From: Acidimicrobiales bacterium | GTDB lineage: Bacteria > Actinomycetota > Acidimicrobiia > Acidimicrobiales > VFJN01 | Reading direction: 5' to 3' | DNA length: 64,000 nt | Assembly (NCBI GenBank): GCA_035697145.1 | Contig: DASSDL010000141.1 | Coordinates: 13,281 to 77,280 of the forward strand | In this document: piece after piece, positions 8,677-17,275 of the stretch | Numbering within the stretch: position 1 is the stretch's first letter | How the letters are laid out: each line of letters opens with the position of its first letter | Notes under the pieces: generated by a model | Database searches by the model: none | Seen by the model: the letters and a program-made list of their open reading frames with translations, nothing else | Told to the model about the DNA's origin: nothing | Translations under genes and position numbers: made by a program

Positions 8677-9249
8677 TCAGTGCGTGTTCCAATGCTTGAT
8701 CGCCCGGACCTCGCGCTCCCAGCCCAGCACCGACACGCTTCCGGTGTCGAGGGGCAGGCGCACGCCCCACGTCGCGGGCAGCTCGATCCAGCGGGCGGCC
8801 AACACCCGCAGGAAGTGGGCATGGGAGAACAGCAGCGCCCGGCTCTGCGCCTCGGCCTGCACGCGCTCGATGAGCTGGTCGGCCCGGGCACCGACCTGTT
8901 CGGCCGTGTCGCCGCCAGGCGGCGGGTGGGTCCACACCGTCCAGCCGGGGACCTCCTCCCGGATGGCCGCGGTCGTCCGACCCTCGTAGTCGCCGTAGTC
9001 CCATTCCAATGCCGCGGGTTCGCGCACGGCGTCCGGGAACCCGGCCAGCGCCGCGGTGTCCGCGGCCCGGCGCAGCGGGCTGGTGAGCACCAAGTCGAAC
9101 TTCACACCCGACAGGCGCGACGCCAGCCGCCGTGCCTCCTCGACCCCCTCGGGCGTGAGCGGCAGGTCGGTGTGGCTGGTGTGGCGTCCATCACGGCTCC
9201 ACTCGGTCTCACCGTGCCGGCACAGCCAGATCTCGGGACCCCCGTTCAT
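8677..9249 (-). CDS. histidine phosphatase superfamily (phosphoglycerate-mutase-like) protein
   Basis: N-terminal RHGET motif (IWLCRHGETEWSRDGRHTSHTDLPLTPEGVEEA) and a downstream H in FSHAHFLRVL. Confidence 0.85.
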   Translation of the reverse strand: MNGGPEIWLCRHGETEWSRDGRHTSHTDLPLTPEGVEEARRLASRLSGVKFDLVLTSPLRRAADTAALAGFPDAVREPAALEWDYGDYEGRTTAAIREEVPGWTVWTHPPPGGDTAEQVGARADQLIERVQAEAQSRALLFSHAHFLRVLAARWIELPATWGVRLPLDTGSVSVLGWEREVRAIKHWNTH

Positions 9250-9315
9250 GGCGCCCAGCCTGCCTCAGCGGTGGCCATACCACCCGGTGGGGCGCGGGCG
9301 GGCCACACTGGTTCC

Positions 9316-10197
9316 ATGCTCCTGGTGGGAACGGGTGACGGATTGGTCGAGCTGGGGCTCGACGGCAAGGTCGTACGCCGGGGCCTGGCCGGCGTCGAGG
9401 TGACGGGCATCGCCGGAGACTGGGTCATCGCCGGCGACCGGGTGGTCTCGCTGGACGAGGGGGCACCCCGGCCGCTGCCCGGGGGGCTGGTGCCGCGCTG
9501 TTTGCTAGCCCTCGCCGGAGGCCGGACGCTGGTCGGAACCAGCGAGGCTCGGCTCGTGCTCGTGGGCAGCACCGACGGCCCGGCGGTCGACAGGGCCTTC
9601 GACGCCATCCCGACCCGTCGCCAGTGGACCACCCCCTGGGGCGCCCCGCCCGATTTGCGCTCCCTCACGATGGGAGCCGCCGGGCTGTTCGCCGGCGTGC
9701 ACGTCGGCGGTGTCTGGCGGCGCGATCCCGAGCAGTGGATCGAGGTGGTACCGGCCGAGGCCGACGACCACCAGGTTCTGGCGGAAGGTGACACCGTCGC
9801 CGTGGCCGCCGCCGTGGGCGTGGGGCAGAGCTCCGACGGCGGGAACACCTGGCACTGGAGCACCGAGGGGCTCCACGCCGGGTACTGCCGTGCGGTGGCC
9901 CTATCGGAGGGTTGGCTGCTGGCCAGCGCCTCGACCGGGCCCGCGACCCACGAGGCGGCGGTCTACCGGCGGCCCATCGACGACCCCGAGCAGCCGCTCG
10001 TACGCTGCGGTGGCGAGTCGGGCCTGCCGGCGACGTTCCCCAACAACATCGACACGTTCGGACTCGTCGCCGCCGGCAACCTGGTGGCCGTGGGCGAGCG
10101 CTACGGCCGGATCTACCTGTCCGAGGACGCCGGGGAGAGCTGGCGCAAGCTGGCCGAAGCCCTCCCCGGCGTGTACTGCCTGTCGTTCGCCGGCTGA
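9316..10197 (+). CDS. BNR/Asp-box repeat beta-propeller-like protein
   Basis: Only the part of track ORF 8059..10197 from ATG 9316 (MLLVGTGDGLVEL) avoids antisense overlap with hisH and the phosphatase. It has Asp-box motifs SSDGGNTW and SEDAGESW. Confidence 0.65.
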   Translation: MLLVGTGDGLVELGLDGKVVRRGLAGVEVTGIAGDWVIAGDRVVSLDEGAPRPLPGGLVPRCLLALAGGRTLVGTSEARLVLVGSTDGPAVDRAFDAIPTRRQWTTPWGAPPDLRSLTMGAAGLFAGVHVGGVWRRDPEQWIEVVPAEADDHQVLAEGDTVAVAAAVGVGQSSDGGNTWHWSTEGLHAGYCRAVALSEGWLLASASTGPATHEAAVYRRPIDDPEQPLVRCGGESGLPATFPNNIDTFGLVAAGNLVAVGERYGRIYLSEDAGESWRKLAEALPGVYCLSFAG

Positions 10198-10220
10198 CGG
10201 CTACCGGCCCCCCGGGCCCA

Positions 10221-10937
10221 CTAGCCGTCGCTGCCGCTGTGGCCGCGACGGTCGTCGCCCGGCGCGTCATCGGCACCGTGGCCGCCAGAACCGGGACCAC
10301 TGTTGCTGTCGCCGCCGTGGTCGTCGCCGGGCGGGTCGTCCGCACCATGCGCGCCGCCGGAGCCGGGACCGCTGTTGCTGTTGTCGTCGCCGACGCGATC
10401 GTCCCCGACGCGGTCGTCGCCGCGGCGGTCATCGACCCGGTTGCCGGGCTCGGCCCGGACGACGGCTCCGTTCTCGATGCGGATGTCCGTCCCGTCCGCC
10501 TCGTCGCGAATGCGGATCCGCTCGCGCACTGCGCCATCCTCGAGCTCGAGGTTGACCTGCACGCGTCGGCTGCCCTGGCGGAAGTCGACCTCGATCTCGA
10601 CGCCGGCGGCCTGTTCCACCTCGACGCGCCAGCCGCGGGCCGGCACCGCGCTCACGAGGGTGAGCTGTGTGCCGCTGCGGCGGAACGTCACGGTGCCCGC
10701 GCCGGCGGCGTCGACGACCTGGTTGCCCGACGTTGCCGCCGGGGCGTTCGACCGGCCGGCGGTCGTCTGGGTGGAGGGACTGGTCGAGGTGCTCGAGCCG
10801 CCGTTGGAGTCGCCGCCCGAGGCCGCGGCCAGAAGGGACGGTGCCGGGCCAAGGCCCGTGACGAGCGCGAGGCCGATGCCGCCGCCGACGAGGCCGGCGA
10901 CCGTGCGCATGCGACGTGGTGAGTTGGAGAGGTTCAT
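10221..10937 (-). CDS. secreted hypothetical protein with acidic Gly/Asp/His-rich repeat tail
   Basis: Signal-like N-terminus (RTVAGLVGGGIGLALVTGLGPAPSLLAAASG), a Ser/Thr-rich linker, and a beta-rich core (GTVTFRRSGTQLTLVSAVPARGWRVEVEQ..IEVDFRQ). The tail is DDRRGDDRVGDDRVGDDNSNSGPGSGGAHGADDPPGDDHGGDSNSGPGSGGHGADDAPGDD. Paralogous to 11073..11612. Confidence 0.6.
   Translation of the reverse strand: MNLSNSPRRMRTVAGLVGGGIGLALVTGLGPAPSLLAAASGGDSNGGSSTSTSPSTQTTAGRSNAPAATSGNQVVDAAGAGTVTFRRSGTQLTLVSAVPARGWRVEVEQAAGVEIEVDFRQGSRRVQVNLELEDGAVRERIRIRDEADGTDIRIENGAVVRAEPGNRVDDRRGDDRVGDDRVGDDNSNSGPGSGGAHGADDPPGDDHGGDSNSGPGSGGHGADDAPGDDRRGHSGSDG
10224..10440 (-). repeat. imperfect in-frame tandem repeats encoding the acidic Gly/Asp/His tail of the 10221..10937 protein
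   Basis: The DNA blocks ..GAACCGGGACCACTGTTGCTGTCGCCGCC.. and ..GAGCCGGGACCGCTGTTGCTGTTGTCGTCGCC.. encode SNSGPGSGG(A)HGADD(P/A)PGDD twice. GDDRV is also repeated. Confidence 0.7.
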
Positions 10938-11072
10938 GACGGGGGGCTCCTTTCCCGCTCCAGGGACCCATCGGCCCCAGCGTCGCCTCGCCCCCCGTAA
11001 CGGCGTCTCCGTCCGACCCTAAGCGTGGGCTAAAGACCCGAGCCGAGGTGCAGCGGTCCGCGCCGGCACGGG

Positions 11073-11612
11073 TCAACCCGGGCCCGGACCTCCGCCGCCA
11101 CCGTCGTCGCCGCCCGAGCCCTGGCCACGGTTGTCGCCGGCGCCGACGTCCTCGCCGTTTTCACGCCGCTCGACCTGGGGACCGCCGTCCCACCACGCGT
11201 CTATCCGGCTGTCATGAGCGTCGCTCTCGAACTCGACCTTCACGCCGTTGCCGTGCTCGGGCTCCCAATCGACGCTGAATCCCTCGTTCGGCGTCGCCGC
11301 GACGACCTCCACGCCGGCCGGCGAGAAGCGCAGCGTCGCCACACCGCCCTCCATCCGGTATGTGCGGGTGGTGGCCGAGGCGTCCGTCGGGGGCACGGCC
11401 GTGGTCGTCGTCGCGTCGGTGGGCGATGCGGTGGTGATCGTGCTCGCCGCCCGGTCGCCCGCCACCGCCTGGGCGATCTCGTCGGCGCTCAGCGGCGCCG
11501 GGCGGTCGTCGGTCACCTGGTCGCCGACGACGCCGATACCCGCCCAAGCGACCCCGGCCGCCAGCACAGCCGCCACCACCCAGACGGCGCCGAGCACGAG
11601 GGATCGCCGCAC
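11073..11612 (-). CDS. membrane-anchored hypothetical protein, paralog of 10221..10937
   Basis: N-terminal TM helix (LVLGAVWVVAAVLAAGVAWAGIGVV), a Thr-rich linker, a core (GVATLRFSPAGVEVVAATPNEGFSVDWEP..VKVEFES) alignable with the neighbouring gene, and a Gly/Asp-rich tail. Confidence 0.6.
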   Translation of the reverse strand: MRRSLVLGAVWVVAAVLAAGVAWAGIGVVGDQVTDDRPAPLSADEIAQAVAGDRAASTITTASPTDATTTTAVPPTDASATTRTYRMEGGVATLRFSPAGVEVVAATPNEGFSVDWEPEHGNGVKVEFESDAHDSRIDAWWDGGPQVERRENGEDVGAGDNRGQGSGGDDGGGGGPGPG

Positions 11613-11725
11613 GTCCCCAATGGTGCCCGCGCGCTGGACTAGGCCGCGCCCAACCCCGGCCTAAGCGTCGGTTAAGACGCCCAGCGGAACTCCGGGCGAG
11701 GCTACGGCGGGCCTAGCGTGGCCCG

Positions 11726-12433
11726 GTGGCATCGGTGCTGGTGATCGAGGACGACCAGCGGATCCGGGAGGCGCTCGCCAGCGGGCTCGCCGGGTCTGGC
11801 CATGCCGTGCGGACCGAGGCGACCGGGGCCGCGGCCCTCACCGCGGCCGTCGAATGGCGGCCGGAGGTGATCGTCCTCGACCTCGGCCTGCCCGACCTCG
11901 ACGGTGCCGACGTGCTCCGGATGCTGCGGGGCGTGTCGGAGGTGCCCGTCATCGTGGCCACCGCCCGCGACGACGAGGCCGAGATCGTGCGGCTCCTCGA
12001 CCACGGCGCCGACGACTACGTGGTCAAGCCCTACTCCTCCGCCCAGCTCGAGGCGCGCATCCGGGCGGTGTTGCGCCGCGGCGGCGGGGCCGTCGACGAC
12101 GACCGGGTGCAGGTCGGCGGCCTGGTCGTCCAGCCCCGGGCCCGCAGCGCCACGCTCGACGGCCGTGACCTCGACCTCACCCGGCTGGAGTTCGACCTCC
12201 TCGCCCACCTCGCCCGGCGGAGCCCCGACGTCGTCACCCGGCGTGAGCTGTTGGCCGAGGTATGGCGCCAGCCCTACGGCGGCGCCGACAAGACCGTCGA
12301 CGTCCACCTGTCGTGGCTGCGACGCAAGCTCGGGGAGACGGCGGCCGAGCCCCGCTTCCTGCACACGGTGCGGGGCGTCGGCGTGAAGCTCGACGCCCGG
12401 GACGACGGCGATCCCGCCCCGTCCACCACCTGA
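11726..12433 (+). CDS. OmpR-family two-component response regulator
   Basis: Receiver domain (VLVIEDD..VIVLDLGLPDLDG..DDYVVKP) plus a winged-helix output domain (LTRLEFDLLAHLARR..TVDVHLSWLRRKL). GTG start. Confidence 0.92.
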   Translation: MASVLVIEDDQRIREALASGLAGSGHAVRTEATGAAALTAAVEWRPEVIVLDLGLPDLDGADVLRMLRGVSEVPVIVATARDDEAEIVRLLDHGADDYVVKPYSSAQLEARIRAVLRRGGGAVDDDRVQVGGLVVQPRARSATLDGRDLDLTRLEFDLLAHLARRSPDVVTRRELLAEVWRQPYGGADKTVDVHLSWLRRKLGETAAEPRFLHTVRGVGVKLDARDDGDPAPSTT

Positions 12434-12441
12434 GGGCCGCG

Positions 12442-13749
12442 ATGCGTCGCCGCCTCCTGCTCGTGGTCGTGGCGACGACCAGCCTCGTCGTGGTGGCGTT
12501 CGCCGTGCCGCTGGGGGCGCTGGTCCGCTCGGTGGCCCGCGACCGGGCCTTGAGCGCCGCCGAGCGCGACCTCGGGGCGTTGGGGCCGGTCCTGGCCCTG
12601 TCACCGGAGACCCCCGCGGTGGAGGACGCTATGGCCCGCACGGGAGCAGGCGCCGACGGACGCCTGACCGTGTGGCTCCCGGACGGCACGCGGCTCGGCG
12701 ATCCCACGCCCGACGACGACCAGGCGCTGGCCCTGGCGCGCGACCAGCGACGCTCCTTCAGCCAGGACCGCGACGGCGGCCGCGAGCTGTACACGGTGGT
12801 GGTCACCGGGACCGGCAAGGCCGACGACGTGTCGGTGGCCCGGGCCCGTGTGCCGGAAAGCCTGCTCGACGACGGGGTGACCACCGCGTGGGCCGCCCTG
12901 GCCGGGGTCGCCGTCGCGCTGGTAGCGGCGGCGGCCCTCCTCGCCGACCGCCTCGCCCGATCGGTGACCCGGGACGCCACCGGCCTGTCGGCAACCGCCC
13001 GGGCGCTGGCGTCGGGCACGGCGGAGGCCCGGGCTCGACCCGGTCCGACGCCGGAGCTGGCGGACGCCGCCCGGGCGCTCAACCTGCTGGCCGATCGCAT
13101 CGACGAGCTGCGGGCCGCCGAGCGGGAGCGGGTGGCCGACCTATCGCACCGGCTGCGCACGCCGCTCACGGCGCTCCGCCTCGACGCCGAGGAGGCTCGC
13201 GACCCCGACCTGGTGGCCGGCGTCGACCGGCTGGAGGCGGCGGTCTCGGACCTGATCCACAGCGCCCGGCGGCCACTGCGACCCGGCCTGGTGGCCGAGA
13301 GCTGCGACCTGACCATCGTCGCCCGCGAGCGTGCCGACCACTGGAGTGCCTTGGCCGACGACGACGGCCGCCCCTGGACCCTCGAGATCGAGCCGGACCG
13401 GCCCGCTCGCGTGCGCCTGTCGTCCCGGGATGCCGAGGCGGCCGTCGATGCCCTGATCGGCAACGTGTTCGCCCACACACCCGAGGGCAGCGGCTATGCC
13501 GTCGCCCTGCGGCGCCACGACGGGATGGTCGAGCTCGCGGTCGACGACGCGGGCGCCGGGATCGCCGACCCCGACGCGGCGTTGGCCCGGGGTGCGACGC
13601 GGGCTGGCTCGACGGGCCTCGGCCTCGACATCGCCCGGCGATCCGCCGAGGCCGCCGGCGGCAGCCTCGCCGTCGAGCGTTCCCGGCTGGGCGGCGCCCG
13701 GGTCCGCCTGGTCCTCCCGATCGACGGCGCCGACGGCACCGACCGCTGA
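12442..13749 (+). CDS. two-component sensor histidine kinase
   Basis: ATG 12442 gives MRRRLLLVVVATTSLVVVAFAVPLG (TM1). There is a second TM helix, a HAMP-like segment, the H-box LSHRLRTPLTAL and an ATPase G-box (GLGLDIARRSAEAAGGSL). It starts 8 nt after the regulator gene. Confidence 0.9.
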   Translation: MRRRLLLVVVATTSLVVVAFAVPLGALVRSVARDRALSAAERDLGALGPVLALSPETPAVEDAMARTGAGADGRLTVWLPDGTRLGDPTPDDDQALALARDQRRSFSQDRDGGRELYTVVVTGTGKADDVSVARARVPESLLDDGVTTAWAALAGVAVALVAAAALLADRLARSVTRDATGLSATARALASGTAEARARPGPTPELADAARALNLLADRIDELRAAERERVADLSHRLRTPLTALRLDAEEARDPDLVAGVDRLEAAVSDLIHSARRPLRPGLVAESCDLTIVARERADHWSALADDDGRPWTLEIEPDRPARVRLSSRDAEAAVDALIGNVFAHTPEGSGYAVALRRHDGMVELAVDDAGAGIADPDAALARGATRAGSTGLGLDIARRSAEAAGGSLAVERSRLGGARVRLVLPIDGADGTDR

Positions 13750-13764
13750 CCCACCCTGCGAACC

Positions 13765-13803
13765 GGTCGTAGCAGTGCGGTCATGTGCCGTATGGCTACG
13801 ACC
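13765..13803. terminator. putative hairpin between convergent kinase and hisB genes
   Basis: GGTCGTAGC (13765-13773) pairs with GCTACGACC (13795-13803), a 9-bp stem with a 21-nt loop. No U-tract, so function is uncertain. Confidence 0.25.
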
Positions 13804-13815
13804 AGAACGCGGTGG

Positions 13816-14436
13816 CTAGAGCGAGCCCTTGGTGGACGGCACCGCCTCGCCCTCGACCCGCACGGCATCCCGGAGGCAGCGGGCCACGCCCTTGAACGTG
13901 GCCTCCACGACGTGGTGGGTGTTGCTGCCGGCCTTGCGGGTGACGTGCAGCGTGATCCCGGCCGAATGAGCAAACGTTCGCCAGAAGTGCTCGGTCATCT
14001 CGGGGTTGAACGGCGGGTCGCCGAGGGGTAGCACCTCGCCGAAGGGCACGTCGTAGGCCACGAACGGACGGCCCGACAGGTCGAGCGCCACCTCGACGAG
14101 CGCTTCGTCCAGCGGGAACGATCCGCTGGCGAACCGGCGGATCCCCGCCTTGTCACGCAGGGCCTGGCCGAACGCCTCGCCGATCACGATGGCCACGTCC
14201 TCGACCGTGTGGTGGCCGTCGACCTGGAGGTCGCCCTGCGCCTCGACCGCCAGGTCGAAGCCGCTGTGGCGCCCGAGCTGGTCGAGCATGTGGTCGAAGA
14301 AGGGCAGGCCGGTGGCCGCGCGTACCTTGCCCTCGGGCCCGTCGAGGTCGATGGCCACTGCCACCGACGTCTCCTTGGTCGTGCGCCGGCGCTGCGCGGA
14401 CCGGGTGTTGATGATTCGCTCGCTTTGCTCGCTCAT
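13816..14436 (-). CDS. hisB: imidazoleglycerol-phosphate dehydratase
   Basis: The real gene is the last 206 codons of track ORF 13816..15339, starting at ATG 14436 (MSEQSER..TKETSVAVAIDLDG..FFDHMLDQL..HHTVEDVAI..). Its start overlaps the hisC stop by 4 nt (ATGA). It is monofunctional, with no HAD phosphatase domain. Confidence 0.95.
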   Translation of the reverse strand: MSEQSERIINTRSAQRRRTTKETSVAVAIDLDGPEGKVRAATGLPFFDHMLDQLGRHSGFDLAVEAQGDLQVDGHHTVEDVAIVIGEAFGQALRDKAGIRRFASGSFPLDEALVEVALDLSGRPFVAYDVPFGEVLPLGDPPFNPEMTEHFWRTFAHSAGITLHVTRKAGSNTHHVVEATFKGVARCLRDAVRVEGEAVPSTKGSL

Positions 14437-15491
14437 GACAAGACCTCGGTGAGGGCGGCGAGGAAGGCATCGTCCTCGGCGGGAGTACCGATGGTGACGC
14501 GCAGGCAGCCGTCGAGGCGGGGCCAGCTGGCGCAGTTGCGGATCAGCACCGAGCGGTCCAGCAGCGCCTGCCACACCGCAGCGCCGTCCCGCTCCCGGGG
14601 CCGGAACAGCACGAAGTTGGCGTCCGACCGCCACGCGTCCACCGGGAGCTCGGCGAGGGCGGCGTAGACGCGCCCTCGCTCCTCGACCAGCGCCGCCACC
14701 CGCGCCCGCATCTCGTCCGTGAACGACAGCGCCAGCCTGCCCGCCAACTGCTTCACCACGTCGAGGTGGTAGGGCAGCACCACCTTGTCCAGCTCCGCCA
14801 CCAGCCAGGCGGGACCGACCAGGTAGCCGAGGCGGGCGCCGGCCATCGACCAGGTCTTCGAGAATGTGCGGGTGACGACGACGCCCCACCGCTCGTCCAC
14901 CAGGCCGAGGGCGGACCACGGGGCGAACTGGCCATACGCCTCGTCGACGACGACGATCCCGGGGGCCATGTCGGCGACCGTGACCACCGTCTCCTCGGGC
15001 TCGGCCATTCCTGTGGGGTTGTTGGGCGAGCACAGGAACGTGATCTCCGGTTCGTGCGCCGCCAGGACCCGGCGCACCTCGCCCAGGTCGAGCGCGAAGT
15101 CGTGGGCACGCTCGCCGACACACACACCGGTACCCGTGATGCGGGCGATGTGGCTGTGGAGCGCGTAGGTGGGCTCGAACACGGCGGCCCGTCGACCCGG
15201 TCCGCCGTAGGTGAGCAGCAGCGTCTGGAGCACCTCGTTCGACCCGTTGGCCGCGAACACCTGCTCCGGCGCCACGTCGTGGTGCTTGGCGATGGCCTCC
15301 CGCAGGGCGCGGTACCCGCGGTCGGGATAGCGGTGCCATGCGATCGTCGCGAGCGCCTCGCGCAGCCGGCGGGTGAACGCCGCCGGCGGCGCCTCGGGCG
15401 CCTCGTTGGTGTTGAGGCGAACAGCCACGTCGACCTGGGGCGAGTGGTAGCCGGCCATCAGCGCCAGGTCGTCGCGGGGTGCGAGCGTCAT
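14433..15491 (-). CDS. hisC: histidinol-phosphate aminotransferase
   Basis: 352-aa class II aminotransferase (LNTNE..YPD.....LR..IA..H.V....VF..NGSNE; TFSKTWSMAGARLGY PLP-lysine region). Positioned between hisD and hisB. Confidence 0.95.
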   Translation of the reverse strand: MTLAPRDDLALMAGYHSPQVDVAVRLNTNEAPEAPPAAFTRRLREALATIAWHRYPDRGYRALREAIAKHHDVAPEQVFAANGSNEVLQTLLLTYGGPGRRAAVFEPTYALHSHIARITGTGVCVGERAHDFALDLGEVRRVLAAHEPEITFLCSPNNPTGMAEPEETVVTVADMAPGIVVVDEAYGQFAPWSALGLVDERWGVVVTRTFSKTWSMAGARLGYLVGPAWLVAELDKVVLPYHLDVVKQLAGRLALSFTDEMRARVAALVEERGRVYAALAELPVDAWRSDANFVLFRPRERDGAAVWQALLDRSVLIRNCASWPRLDGCLRVTIGTPAEDDAFLAALTEVLS

Positions 15492-16795
15492 GCCGGCTGG
15501 CCAGCCTCGTCGGCCCTCACGCGCACCGACTCGGCGTGGGCGGGCAGCCCCTCGTAGTCGGCCAGGGCCTCGACGTGGGGCGCCACCTGCGTCAGCCCCT
15601 CCGGCGGCACCACCACGGCGTGGATGTGCTTGCAGAAGTCGTCGACCCGCAGGGCACCCGAGAACCGCGCCGACCCCGAGGTGGGCAAGACGTGGTTGGC
15701 CCCGGCCAGGTAGTCACCGATCGACGCCGGGGCGAGGGGACCGCAGAACACGGCGCCCGCGTGCCGGACCTGCGGCAAGAGCGCCTCCCAGTCGTCCACC
15801 AACAGCTCGAGGTGCTCGGGGGCGATGGCGTTGGCGACCGCCAGGGCCTGCTCGGCTCCGTCGGTCACCACCGCGTAGCCGCCATCGGCCAGGGTGGCCT
15901 CGAGGTGGCGGCGCCGGGGCGAGCGCGGCACCAGCCGGTCGACCGCCTCGCACACCGCATCGGCGACGGCGGCGTCCCAACAGATGAGCCAGGCCAGCCC
16001 GTCGGGGCCGTGCTCGGCCTGGACCAACACGTCGATGGCCGCATGCTCGGGTGGCGTGGAGGCGTCGGCCACGACCACAACCTCGGACGGACCCGCGAAC
16101 GCCGAGGGGACACCCACCAGCCCCAGGCCGGCGACCTCCCGCTTCGCCTGGGCGACCCGCATGCTGCCGGGCCCGACGACCACGTCGACCGGGCGAATCG
16201 ACTCGGTGCCGTACGCCAGCGCCGCGATCGCGGCCGGTCCCCCGACCCGGAACACCTCGTCGGCGCCGGCGAGGGCGGCCGCAGCCAGGATCCCGTCGTC
16301 CACCGTGCCGTCGGGCCCGGGGGCGGTGACGAGCACGACCTCGGGCACGCCCGCGATCCTGGCGGGCACGACGGTCATGAGCACCGTGGAGACCAGGGGG
16401 GCGGCGGCGCTGGGCACGTAGCAGCCGGCGCGGTCGACGGGTCGCACCAGCTCCCGGATCTCGATGGCGCCGTTGCGGTGAACCAGCTCCGGCCGCCGCT
16501 GGGCGGCGTGGTAGGCGCTGACGTTGGCGTGGGCTGCCTCGAGGGCGGCCCGCAGGCCGGCGGGAACACGGTCGAGCGCGGCGCTGACGTCGGCGGGCGG
16601 CACCCGGAGGTCGTCGACCCGCACACCGTCGAAACGTTCGATGAGCGCGCGCACGGCGTCGTCGCCTCCGTCGCGTACGTCCGCCAGCACGGCCCGTACC
16701 TCGTCGACGGGCGGCTCGACCTGGACGGCGGGGCGGGGCAGCCGCGAACGCAGGTCTGCGGTCCCGGATCCACGCAGGTCGAGGCGGCGGAGCAC
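15488..16795 (-). CDS. hisD: histidinol dehydrogenase
   Basis: 435-aa ORF with HisD motifs (GCYVPS, QAEHGPD, APEHLEL, GDYLAGANHVLPT). Its stop overlaps the hisC start. Confidence 0.95.
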   Translation of the reverse strand: MLRRLDLRGSGTADLRSRLPRPAVQVEPPVDEVRAVLADVRDGGDDAVRALIERFDGVRVDDLRVPPADVSAALDRVPAGLRAALEAAHANVSAYHAAQRRPELVHRNGAIEIRELVRPVDRAGCYVPSAAAPLVSTVLMTVVPARIAGVPEVVLVTAPGPDGTVDDGILAAAALAGADEVFRVGGPAAIAALAYGTESIRPVDVVVGPGSMRVAQAKREVAGLGLVGVPSAFAGPSEVVVVADASTPPEHAAIDVLVQAEHGPDGLAWLICWDAAVADAVCEAVDRLVPRSPRRRHLEATLADGGYAVVTDGAEQALAVANAIAPEHLELLVDDWEALLPQVRHAGAVFCGPLAPASIGDYLAGANHVLPTSGSARFSGALRVDDFCKHIHAVVVPPEGLTQVAPHVEALADYEGLPAHAESVRVRADEAGQPA

Positions 16796-16855
16796 GGAGC
16801 AACGCTAGCGGCGCGCCGTCGAGCGACCCCATCCGGTTCCGGGTAGAACCGCAAC

Positions 16856-17047
16856 ATGGACAGCAACCGCGCCGAGCTCTCGGCCCTGGCGACCACGCTC
16901 GACGACCTGGCGACCCGCATCACGGCCGTCGGCGATCGCTACCGGGGGTCCACCCGGCCCGACGTCGCCGACGGGCTCTACGAGGTCGAGCGGTCGCTGC
17001 TGACCGCGAGCCGCCAGCTCGAGCGGGTCATGCGGTCAATGCGCTGA
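16856..17047 (+). CDS. small helical hypothetical protein (63 aa)
   Basis: ATG ORF divergent from hisD. It has non-repetitive, helix-like composition (AELSALATTLDDLATRITAVGDRY..LYEVERSLLTASRQLERVMRSM). I recognise no family. Confidence 0.4.
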   Translation: MDSNRAELSALATTLDDLATRITAVGDRYRGSTRPDVADGLYEVERSLLTASRQLERVMRSMR

Positions 17048-17275
17048 AAACGAGTGCCTCGGCCCGGAAACAGCGACGACGCCCACGAGGGGCGCCGTCG
17101 CGGCGACGCCAGGCGGCGGATCCCAGCGTCGCATTGGAACCAGGTGGCGGGAACCTGGTCTTCACCCAAGTTATCGCTCCCGGGATGGCAGAGGGTGCGC
17201 GACCCGACGACATTTCTTTGCAATGCGTTCACGACCAGTTGTCTTCGGGTCGCAGGGTGCTCGATCGCTCCCAGT

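Noticed and set aside
10213-10223. GCCCACTAG, and CCACTAG at 37354-37360, resembling the end of the 21-nt motif.
   Set aside because: These matches are only 7-9 nt and the rest of the motif is absent, so they are too short to distinguish from chance.
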